Source: Candidatus Thalassarchaeaceae archaeon (GTDB taxonomy: Archaea; Thermoplasmatota; Poseidoniia; Poseidoniales; Thalassarchaeaceae). From it: a stretch of DNA of 32,653 nt. The position numbers and the translations under genes are program-made. The stretch's first letter is position 1, and each line of letters starts with the position of its first letter. The notes below the pieces were generated by a model, which was given only the letters and a program-made list of their open reading frames with translations, was not told the origin of the DNA and did not search any database. This document shows positions 9,107 through 16,552 of the stretch, in pieces. The DNA lies in NCBI GenBank assembly GCA_030747475.1, contig JASLKO010000014.1:1-32653 (forward strand). The letters run 5' to 3'.

Positions 9107-9185
9107 CCTTTCCCGCCTCTACGAGGCGAAATCTAAGCGATGTCAGTGCGAAAGGATATGCCCCTCGTCGGATGAGGGGTTGTCA

Positions 9186-9905
9186 ATGGGCGAGTATAGC
9201 GCGGCGCAGAAGGAAGCCATGAAGAAAGAGGCTGGGATTGCCGCCTGTGATTTTGTCAAGAGTGGTATGAAAGTCGGTTTAGGAACCGGATCTACTGTGA
9301 AATATACCATCTTGGAACTCGGCAGAAGAATACGAGAAGAACATCTAGATATTGAAGGGATTCCAACCTCGGATGCAACTGAGTTGATTTCTATAGAACA
9401 ACGTATACCTCTACTCAATTGGGAAGAATGTACAGGATTAGATATCGTCATTGATGGTGCGGATGAATTTGACCCAAATCTGAATTTAATCAAAGGCGGC
9501 GGCGGTGCATTGCTACGCGAGAAAATTGTCGCTGAATCAAGTGGTGGGATGGTCGTTGTCGCGGATGCAAGTAAGCAAGTCGATATCCTCGGCACCTTCC
9601 CATTACCAATCGAAGTAAACCCCTATGGGTGGGAACAAACACGTCGTCGAATACAGCAACAATGTGAGGGTGATGTAATTGTTCGAGAAAAAGTACAAGG
9701 TGACCCATTTTTTACAGATAATGGAAATCTGATTCTAGACGCTCATTTCGGACCGAACATCGATGCCCCACTAGACCTTGAATCTGCATTGAAAGAAATT
9801 GCTGGAGTTGTCGAGGTCGGTCTGTTCAATGAAATGGCAGATATTGTGGTCTTAGCAGATCCAGATGGTTGCCAAATGATTCGCAAAGATCAAGCGAGGA
9901 TTTGA
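9186..9905 (+). CDS. rpiA: Ribose-5-phosphate isomerase A
   Basis: Carries the motifs GLGTGSTVKY, DGADEFDPNLNLIKGGGGALLREKIVA and VVEVGLF typical of RpiA. The ORF-track start at 9180 is TTG; the first ATG is at 9186. Confidence 0.85.
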   Translation: MGEYSAAQKEAMKKEAGIAACDFVKSGMKVGLGTGSTVKYTILELGRRIREEHLDIEGIPTSDATELISIEQRIPLLNWEECTGLDIVIDGADEFDPNLNLIKGGGGALLREKIVAESSGGMVVVADASKQVDILGTFPLPIEVNPYGWEQTRRRIQQQCEGDVIVREKVQGDPFFTDNGNLILDAHFGPNIDAPLDLESALKEIAGVVEVGLFNEMADIVVLADPDGCQMIRKDQARI

Positions 9906-9953
9906 GAGTTTTATTGCCGTCACACTCATAGATGGATGGCAGGTGCCGATGTC

Positions 9954-10027
9954 GGGCGCTTAGCTTAGCTAGGTAGAGCGACGGGCTCTTAACCCGTAGG
10001 CCAGGGGTTCGAACCCCCTAGCGCCCG
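9954..10027 (+). tRNA. tRNA-Lys (anticodon CUU)
   Basis: Folded by hand into a cloverleaf: acceptor GGGCGCU/AGCGCCC, anticodon stem ACGGG/CCCGU with loop CU-CUU-AA, T arm AGGGG-UUCGAAC-CCCCU, discriminator G. No CCA is encoded. Confidence 0.9.
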
Positions 10028-10028
10028 C

Positions 10029-10991
10029 TCAATTTTCGACTGTTGTTCCAGCCTCTCCTCGGACCGCAGCCAACGCATCACCTGGCATACAAAGGATGAC
10101 CTCCATCGATGGATTTGACAATTTTGCCGAGAGTAATGATTCTACCTTTGGACCCATGCTCCCCATCGGAAATTGTCCAGCCACAAGGTGTGCATTGAGA
10201 TCGGCTGCTGCGACCAATCGAAGGGGAGTTTCATTTGATGTTCCAAAGTTGAGTTTGATTGAATCAACAGCAGTACTGATGATGAATAAATCGACAGATA
10301 GGGTCTGTGCAAGTAATGATGAAACCAAATCTTTGTCGATAACTGCCTCAACGCCATGGAATCCAGTTTCATCAACAAGTACTGGGATCCCACCTCCACC
10401 ACACGCAAGCACAATTGCACCCGCATTAACCAATGATTCAATCGCATCAGAATCTAATATTTCTAATGGTCTTGGAGAGGGGACAAGCCTACGTAATCCA
10501 GTCGATGTTTGACCCGCAGTCCAATGTTCTGGAACAACCCCCGTAATGGTAGGTCCAATAGGTTTGGTCGGCATCGCAAATGCTGAATCTTCTGGATTTA
10601 CTGCGACTCTGGTGAGTAATGTGGCAACCTGTTCGTGCCTTTTTCTTGAAGTCAATAATCCATCCAATCGGGTAGCGATGTCGTGACCCAGTGTTCCTTG
10701 TGTTGCTGCTACCCAATGATCCAACCCCTCGGGTTGTTCACCATGACTCTCTTCCATGAGTAACAATTCTCCAACTTGTGGGCCATTTCCATGCGTCAGA
10801 ACAACTGAATATCCTGCTTCAATGATATCGAACACATCATTTAGTACTGCATCCATAACATCATTTTCACCATTGGGTGACAATGGGTTGGAAAGTGCAT
10901 TTCCACCAATTGCATACAAACATATTTTGCGCGAACGATTCTGGCTGATGTTCAATTCAGCACGTGAGTCGTCGGGCCGATGTAAACGCAT
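10029..10991 (-). CDS. arcC: Carbamate kinase
   Basis: Carries LYAIGGNAL, VVLTHGNGPQVG and ACGGGGIPV motifs and has a typical length (~320 aa). The ORF-track start at 10994 is TTG; an ATG follows at 10991. Confidence 0.8.
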   Translation of the reverse strand: MRLHRPDDSRAELNISQNRSRKICLYAIGGNALSNPLSPNGENDVMDAVLNDVFDIIEAGYSVVLTHGNGPQVGELLLMEESHGEQPEGLDHWVAATQGTLGHDIATRLDGLLTSRKRHEQVATLLTRVAVNPEDSAFAMPTKPIGPTITGVVPEHWTAGQTSTGLRRLVPSPRPLEILDSDAIESLVNAGAIVLACGGGGIPVLVDETGFHGVEAVIDKDLVSSLLAQTLSVDLFIISTAVDSIKLNFGTSNETPLRLVAAADLNAHLVAGQFPMGSMGPKVESLLSAKLSNPSMEVILCMPGDALAAVRGEAGTTVEN

Positions 10992-11062
10992 CAATGGACC
11001 TCTGGAGTGGTGACCTACGAAAGGTCGTCCACATCAAGGTTCGCTGTCTTCGTAGCGAACGC

Positions 11063-11070
11063 ATTCAAAT
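11063..11070 (+). promoter_or_regulatory. Candidate TATA-like box ATTCAAAT for asnS, preceded by the inverted repeat GTTCGCT-N8-AGCGAAC (11039-11060)
   Basis: The box lies about 36-43 nt upstream of the ATG at 11106, with GGAG at -12. The 7-bp inverted repeat directly abuts it on the upstream side. Confidence 0.3.
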
Positions 11071-11105
11071 GCTCGATGTTACTCACACCCACCGGAGAGC
11101 CACAA

Positions 11106-12437
11106 ATGAAGAAGGACCTATTCATCGGAGATGTTCAATCTGGACAGCATGATGGGCAACATGTTGAGCTCAAAGGTTGGATTAACCGTGCCCGAGGTTC
11201 TAACAAAATCTGGTTCATCGTTCTTCGTGACAGCACGGGTCGCATTCAATGTGTGGCCAAACGAGAAGACGTGGGTGACGATACATTTGATGCACTCAAG
11301 GGTGCATTGATTGAAACAAGTGTCATCATCACTGGAACTGTGAATGCCGATGAAAGGAGTGAAGGTGGTCACGAACTCATCGTTGATTCGGCAACCATTG
11401 TTGGACCAGTTAACCCTGAAAATCCATTCCCAATCACTGAGAGTGCGATGGCCAATGCGGAGGGAGGGGAAACTGAATTCTTGCTAGACAATCGCCACCT
11501 CTACCTTCGTACTGCACGGATGACACAGATGCTCAAGATTCGCTCTTCGGTGTTCGGCGCGATTCATGGGTACTTTAGAGATCTAGACTTCACAGAATAT
11601 CAAGCTCCAAACTTTGTTGCAGGTGCTGTTGAAGGTGGCTCGACATTGTTCGAAGTCCCTTACTTTGGACGAAAAGCATACCTCACACAATCATGGCAAC
11701 TCTATGCTGAAGCCGCCATGCCTGCGCTTGAACGATTGTACACAATTGCACCCTCTTTCCGAGCAGAGAAGAGTCGAACACGCAGACACCTGACTGAATT
11801 CTGGCACGCTGAAATGGAAATTGCATGGGCAGGAAACGAAGATGTCATGGTCCATGGAGAAGGCGTTGTCCGACATATTGCTCGAACACTTCTAGATGAA
11901 CGCTCAGATGAATTGGCAGCACTCGGCCGAGATCTTGAACTCGTGGCCCGGTATGCTGACAACCCGTATCCAAGGATTCGCTATGATGAGGCGATTGAAA
12001 CCCTTCAGGGAATGGGGGTTGAAATCGAATGGGGACAAGACTTGGATTATTCAAAAGAAAAGGTACTGACAGAAGATTTCGATGTGCCCCATTTCCTCAC
12101 TCACTATCCTAGAATAGCCAAGCCGTTCTATCACCGGCCGGACCCGGATGATCCAAAGTACGTGCTCTGCCATGATTTGCTTGCCCCTGAAGGCTACGGC
12201 GAGATTATCGGTGGAGGTGAAAGGACTTGGTCGGAAAAGGAGATTATCGAGCGAATCGAAGAGGAAGGAACACCCCGGGAACCTTACGAATTTTACATTG
12301 ATGTACGAAAATATGGCGGTGTGCCTCACGGTGGATTTGGACTAGGGGTCGATCGAGTATGCAGTTGGTTATCTGGTGCCGAACACATTCGAGAAGTGAT
12401 TCCGTTTCCTCGAGACAGTCGTCGCGTCACACCTTGA
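11106..12437 (+). CDS. asnS: Asparaginyl-tRNA synthetase (class IIb; archaeal AspRS not fully excluded)
   Basis: Motifs seen: GWINRARGSNKIWFIVLRDSTGRIQ (OB fold), YLTQSWQLYAEA, FRAEKSRTRRHLTEFWHAEME (motif 2) and GGFGLGVDRV (motif 3). QS.QLY.E favours AsnRS over AspRS. The ORF-track start at 11007 is GTG and would leave only 12 nt to the divergent arcC, so the ATG at 11106 is preferred. Confidence 0.7.
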   Translation: MKKDLFIGDVQSGQHDGQHVELKGWINRARGSNKIWFIVLRDSTGRIQCVAKREDVGDDTFDALKGALIETSVIITGTVNADERSEGGHELIVDSATIVGPVNPENPFPITESAMANAEGGETEFLLDNRHLYLRTARMTQMLKIRSSVFGAIHGYFRDLDFTEYQAPNFVAGAVEGGSTLFEVPYFGRKAYLTQSWQLYAEAAMPALERLYTIAPSFRAEKSRTRRHLTEFWHAEMEIAWAGNEDVMVHGEGVVRHIARTLLDERSDELAALGRDLELVARYADNPYPRIRYDEAIETLQGMGVEIEWGQDLDYSKEKVLTEDFDVPHFLTHYPRIAKPFYHRPDPDDPKYVLCHDLLAPEGYGEIIGGGERTWSEKEIIERIEEEGTPREPYEFYIDVRKYGGVPHGGFGLGVDRVCSWLSGAEHIREVIPFPRDSRRVTP

Positions 12438-12448
12438 GGTGAATCCCG

Positions 12449-12691
12449 ATGTGGGCGTGGCTGATTTTTTCAGTATTATTGATTCTCATCATGTTACTCA
12501 TTCGACAGAGGTGGAAGGTAGCCACAGAGTGGATTAAAATGGAAGAAAATCTCACTGAAGAAGAATTCACTGATTGGAAAAGGTTGAAACAAGAAAAAGC
12601 TGAGAATTGGTCAGAGAAGATGAAAAATTTTGAAGCGATGTTTCTATTTATTCTCTCTGCAGCAATGATACTGATTTGGAATCACATATAA
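12449..12691 (+). CDS. Small membrane protein (two hydrophobic helices flanking a charged Glu/Lys-rich helix)
   Basis: 80-aa ORF with an ATG 11 nt after the asnS stop. Clear TM-charged-TM layout. No family recognised. Confidence 0.45.
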   Translation: MWAWLIFSVLLILIMLLIRQRWKVATEWIKMEENLTEEEFTDWKRLKQEKAENWSEKMKNFEAMFLFILSAAMILIWNHI

Positions 12692-13518
12692 TCCGATGAC
12701 ATGGGCAGTCGAACCACCTGTTTTCCAAGGACATAGAGAATCATGCTCGCTGTCAAAGAGAACACTCCGACGAATGTGGTGATGAACGCTGCTAGGGCCA
12801 CACCCAATGAAACACTATCATGAGGGCCCCCGAATTCAATCAGTTTGGATGCCATTTCAAAGCCGAGAATAAAGAATATGACACCCGGTACACCAAACAA
12901 AATCAGAGGGTGCTTACTTTCAAGCATCCAGTAAAAGAATTGAGCAAAACGACTCGCACTTGCTAATGATTCCCTGGGAGGGGGACCTGATGGAGCATCA
13001 AGTTCAACGACTCGTAAATCGATTGAATCGTCCAAATCAGCAGGGACATCTTCCTTTGCTTGTTGTGCTACTGCTCGCAACCCTGCGGCAGAAGCACAAG
13101 CGAATTGAATGTCTGCATCTGCATATGTATACGTATCAGAGGACAATGGAATAGACGGATTTGAATCTGAGCCTCGGCGATTTCTACTTCTATGTTTGAA
13201 TGCGATAAACAAATCATAACCTTGCCTGGCGAGGCCAACGGTGCGAGCCATATCTGATAATTTCCAATCGTCATCAAGTGAAATGATTGCTGTTCTCTCT
13301 TCATCTGAAATCGTGTCAACAATCAGTGATGCAATGGTAGGTGCTGCTGTATCACCTGAATGAGAAATTACAGTAGCCCCCGATTGTTCAGATAGATGCC
13401 TAATTTCATTATCAGTGGACAAATCGAGTACTGTGACATGGTCAGAGAAATCATGAGCGCGAACAACTGCAGATGCGATGCGAAGAGCCTGTTCACGGAC
13501 TACAAGAACGATTCGCAT
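12682..13518 (-). CDS. Divergent GT2-like (dolichyl-phosphate-sugar synthase-like) membrane protein with degenerate N-terminal motifs
   Basis: It has the GT-A layout (MRIVLVV..., VLDLSTDN in place of DDGSxD, SLDDD in place of the DxD region) plus two C-terminal TMs as in DPM-synthase-type GT2s. The ATG at 13518 is preferred over the TTG at 13569. A TTCAAGA box at 13577-13583 would place the TSS between the two. Confidence 0.45.
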   Translation of the reverse strand: MRIVLVVREQALRIASAVVRAHDFSDHVTVLDLSTDNEIRHLSEQSGATVISHSGDTAAPTIASLIVDTISDEERTAIISLDDDWKLSDMARTVGLARQGYDLFIAFKHRSRNRRGSDSNPSIPLSSDTYTYADADIQFACASAAGLRAVAQQAKEDVPADLDDSIDLRVVELDAPSGPPPRESLASASRFAQFFYWMLESKHPLILFGVPGVIFFILGFEMASKLIEFGGPHDSVSLGVALAAFITTFVGVFSLTASMILYVLGKQVVRLPMSSDYM

Positions 13519-13608
13519 GAGTCGTCGTAGAGCAATCGACCGTTGAATGATTCGGTCTGAGATATGCAAAGGTACGTCTTGAAGGACCGTTTACGATAGG
13601 CCAACAAC

Positions 13609-14508
13609 ATGCAACCAGTATGTGTGGTCATGCCAGCGCATAATGAACAGAATCACATTGAAGGTAGTATTGCATCCATAAAGAATATTGTTGATTGGAT
13701 TATTGTCATTGATGACGGTTCAATAGACAGTACTGGGGAACTTGCACGTAAGGCATTAGGAAACGGTGGACAAGTCATTCGGACTGAAGGGCTGGGTGTT
13801 GGGGGCGCAATTGCAATAGGGAGTCAAGCAGTGTTGAATCTTGATGAAAGAAATTGGATAACTGTCGTCATGGCAGGGGATGGTCAAATGGACCCAACTG
13901 ACTTACCGGTTGTAATTGAGCCAATCTTGAATGGTCGCGCAGATCATGTGAAAGGGAATCGTTTCATTCACCCCCTTGGTCCAAATGGTATGCCATTCAT
14001 TAGACGACTGGGGACGTGGTGGCTTTCTAGACTTACATCTCTTGCAAGCGGCCGGAAACTCAGAGACACTCAATGTGGTTATACGGCAACATCACGAGCA
14101 ATGAATGAAGCATGGGATTGGTCCAATACATGGACAGGATATGGATATCCGAATTGGTGGCTCATGGAAGCCAGTAGGCGTGACTTCCGAATTGAAGAGG
14201 TGCCAGTTAGATCGGTATATGGGAATGAAAAATCGGGAATTCGGCTGATACCATTCTTCCTTTCTGTTTCATGGATGCTGTGGAAGGGGATTTGGAGACG
14301 CGGACTTGATTGGTACATCTTCGGGTCCAAATCGCCAATTGGATTTCGAATATTGGCATCAGGCCTATGGTTTGGAGCATGGTCATCACTCATTCTCGCA
14401 TTCAATTGGCCGATTCTTTCACTGGCGGCAATTCCCACATTCTTGTTTTTGATGAGATTAGACCAGTATGAATCCAATCGAAGAACGTTAAGGGGGTGGA
14501 TCGGATGA
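13609..14508 (+). CDS. Family 2 glycosyltransferase (membrane-associated)
   Basis: Carries VCVVMPAHNEQNHIEGSI, IIVIDDGSIDST and MAGDGQMDP (DxD-type) motifs, with C-terminal TM helices. Confidence 0.8.
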   Translation: MQPVCVVMPAHNEQNHIEGSIASIKNIVDWIIVIDDGSIDSTGELARKALGNGGQVIRTEGLGVGGAIAIGSQAVLNLDERNWITVVMAGDGQMDPTDLPVVIEPILNGRADHVKGNRFIHPLGPNGMPFIRRLGTWWLSRLTSLASGRKLRDTQCGYTATSRAMNEAWDWSNTWTGYGYPNWWLMEASRRDFRIEEVPVRSVYGNEKSGIRLIPFFLSVSWMLWKGIWRRGLDWYIFGSKSPIGFRILASGLWFGAWSSLILAFNWPILSLAAIPTFLFLMRLDQYESNRRTLRGWIG

Positions 14509-14903
14509 TAATAGATGATGTTAAACATCTCTGGAAATGGATTGGGGGTAGCGCGTTATTGGCTAGTATGTGCTGTGTACCCAGTATCCTGTTAGTCGCA
14601 TTTGGACTGATGTCGGTTAGTACAGCTGATGCACTATCGAATGACCTCTATTTCGGACCGTTTCGCTACATCCTATATGGTCTAACAATTGCACTTCTAA
14701 CAATTGGATTAATTCGATATTTCCAACATCAAGGAATCTGTGATTTAGATACTGCAAAAAGAGAACGTAGACGTATTGTGAATACTTCACTATTGGTATT
14801 CATCATATCTGTCTTAGTTTACATAGTTTGGAATTATTTCATTTTAGAAATACTTGGAATCTCACTAGGGCTCCCATGGGAAGAAGATGCGATTTGGAAG
14901 TGA
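14505..14903 (+). CDS. Small 3-TM membrane protein with a CC motif in TM1 (MerT-like topology)
   Basis: TM1 reads LLASMCCVPSILLVAFGL, resembling the MerT CCxxP motif. Two further TMs follow, with a Cys-containing basic loop. Its ATG at 14505 overlaps the GT2 stop (ATGA). The ORF-track start at 14496 is GTG. Confidence 0.5.
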   Translation: MIIDDVKHLWKWIGGSALLASMCCVPSILLVAFGLMSVSTADALSNDLYFGPFRYILYGLTIALLTIGLIRYFQHQGICDLDTAKRERRRIVNTSLLVFIISVLVYIVWNYFILEILGISLGLPWEEDAIWK

Positions 14904-14924
14904 ATTTCGATTGTAATGATTCTC

Positions 14925-14930
14925 AAAAAA
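14925..14930 (-). terminator. Oligo-T tract (T6 on the minus strand) downstream of tRNA-Pro
   Basis: The minus strand reads CUUUUAC immediately after the tRNA 3' end, then CAUUUUUUG about 25 nt downstream. Archaeal terminators are oligo-T tracts. Confidence 0.3.
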
Positions 14931-14954
14931 TGACATTCTTGTTGGTTGTAAAAG

Positions 14955-15028
14955 TGGACCCGCTCAGATTTGAACTGAGGTCTGATGCTCCCAAAGCATC
15001 GAGCATAGCCAAGCTAACCCACGGGTCC
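14955..15028 (-). tRNA. tRNA-Pro (anticodon UGG)
   Basis: The minus strand folds with acceptor GGACCCG/CGGGUCC, anticodon stem GAUGC/GCAUC with loop UU-UGG-GA, and T arm CUCAG-UUCAAAU-CUGAG. The D stem is weak (G-U pairs and a mismatch) and the variable loop is 4 nt. Confidence 0.85.
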
Positions 15029-15066
15029 TGTAGGTTGACGGCGTAAGCCAACACAGATGAACATTC

Positions 15067-15495
15067 TCACACAAGTCGCCAAAGATTATTTCCAATTCTA
15101 AGTAATTCTCCCGCAGCACTAGCCTGTTCAGCGAATTCATCCGCCCCAATCTCTGCGCGCATTTCAAGAAGTGTGATTTCAATCGATTCCAATGAAACGA
15201 TACCATCTTCATCTGCAGATTGTGTCAGTACCTGATTCCCATCAATATTGGTGATTTTCACAGATGAATTCCGTGATTCACTGTTTTTTATCCACTTCTC
15301 TAAATCCGATTTAATCTCTGGTGGTGTGTTTGCGATTGTAATCGCATTGCGAGCATCCTCAGCGTTTTGGTGTCGAGATATGATGACTCCATCAGCATGA
15401 TTACAATGAGTACAACGCATATCTTTAGATGAACGTGATTTACCATATGCGGCTTTGCACGAACCGCACAAAAAAACAATCCAGCGCGGCTCCAT
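15067..15495 (-). CDS. Zinc-ribbon protein (CxxC...CxxC; resembles the archaeal DUF1922-type ribbon) with a C-terminal helical domain
   Basis: Contains IVFLCGSCKAAYGKSRSSKDMRCTHCNHADGVIISR. The ATG is at 15495. An alternative TTG at 15537 would overlap the upstream gene's stop. Confidence 0.55.
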   Translation of the reverse strand: MEPRWIVFLCGSCKAAYGKSRSSKDMRCTHCNHADGVIISRHQNAEDARNAITIANTPPEIKSDLEKWIKNSESRNSSVKITNIDGNQVLTQSADEDGIVSLESIEITLLEMRAEIGADEFAEQASAAGELLRIGNNLWRLV

Positions 15496-15533
15496 GAGAC
15501 TGTTTGGTAAGCGACGGTATTTGAGGAGTTGGC

Positions 15534-16220
15534 TCAAAGATTGAACTTTGTTTTTCCACTGCCACCAAGTCCTGTCGGACCACCAGTACTGCCGCCAATT
15601 GATGATATTCCGAGATTACGAGATCTTGTTGGACCACTAGATGCCCCAAGATTCAGACTATTTGGGAGAATAAGGGCAGCCAATACCACGCCATGGAATC
15701 CTTCTTGCGCTTCAACCTCATCAACAGCCAAGCCCAATGGAATTGAGCCTTCTTCATCTCGTCTAATTTCTAAATCTCGGTTGGCTAGTTTTCGCTGCAA
15801 ATTCCGCCTCAATTGATTTTCGCATTCTTCCATTGAATCGGCAACTGCTAGTGTGGAAACAATCGCGCACTCATCACCTTCAGGAGTAATGCATTGTGCC
15901 CACGCAACACCAGCCGATGCCGTGCCTTCAGAGAATACTGTTGCTTTAGCCAAATGACATTCCACGAGTGTGCCCATTGGCAGATCTTGCGGGGTTCCTG
16001 GCTCAAAGCCGAGAGGTAACATCGCACCCTCTCCACGAATTAATCGTGCGTCTCCAAGACCAAGTTCAACGAGGGCTTGGTCCATGGCGTGTTCTTCATT
16101 TTCTCCAAAGGGGGCAACTGCCGTCATCAACCACCCTGAAAGCGCCCCACCTGAGCGTGCAGCAGGGCGGTTTCCACCTTGCCTTCGGGGGCCAGAAGAT
16201 GTTCCAATACTGAAATCCAC
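15534..16220 (-). CDS. PdaD-family (pyruvoyl-dependent arginine decarboxylase-like) protein lacking the Ser-Ser processing site, with a Gly/Ser-rich C-terminal tail
   Basis: It aligns by eye to remembered M. jannaschii PdaD: AMDQALVELGLGDARLIRGEGAMLP vs [33 protein letters not shown] vs LPMGALV, and GVVLAALIL vs CAFAAAALW. The start is uncertain: TTG 16277 overlaps the divergent gene at 16271, GTG 16220 is listed here, and ATG 16127 is also possible. Confidence 0.6.
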   Translation of the reverse strand: MDFSIGTSSGPRRQGGNRPAARSGGALSGWLMTAVAPFGENEEHAMDQALVELGLGDARLIRGEGAMLPLGFEPGTPQDLPMGTLVECHLAKATVFSEGTASAGVAWAQCITPEGDECAIVSTLAVADSMEECENQLRRNLQRKLANRDLEIRRDEEGSIPLGLAVDEVEAQEGFHGVVLAALILPNSLNLGASSGPTRSRNLGISSIGGSTGGPTGLGGSGKTKFNL

Positions 16221-16270
16221 GCTACACCGAAGAGGGTTCGGTTCATCAAGGGCAGGGTAGAACCAAGTCC

Positions 16271-16552
16271 ATGGCAAACCCCCGGGGGGCAGTTCTCGGC
16301 ATCGCCTTCAGCATGCTATTATTAGCCAGTATTTTCACAATTAGCAGAGAAGCACAAGTCAGTTCAGCAGCATGGGCATTACTCGGATTAACGGCTGCAT
16401 TTGCGGCTGCAACTGTCATCGCATTCTTCACAGACGAAGAAAATCAAACAATTGATGATGGTGGGAAATGGGATTCAACCAATCATTTAGAAACTGAAGC
16501 ACAACCATTACCTGACCCAATCGAGTCTGGTTTTGACATACCCATTCTCTAA
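16271..16552 (+). CDS. Small membrane protein (two TMs, acidic C-terminal tail)
   Basis: 93-aa ORF with an ATG start. Two hydrophobic helices and a Glu/Asp/Pro-rich tail. No family recognised. Confidence 0.4.
   Translation: MANPRGAVLGIAFSMLLLASIFTISREAQVSSAAWALLGLTAAFAAATVIAFFTDEENQTIDDGGKWDSTNHLETEAQPLPDPIESGFDIPIL

Noticed and set aside
9954-15028. The segment bracketed by tRNA-Lys and tRNA-Pro as a possible integrated island.
   Set aside because: There is no integrase, no repeat of either tRNA 3' half that I could see, and no composition shift. The content is housekeeping (arcC, asnS, glycosyltransferases).
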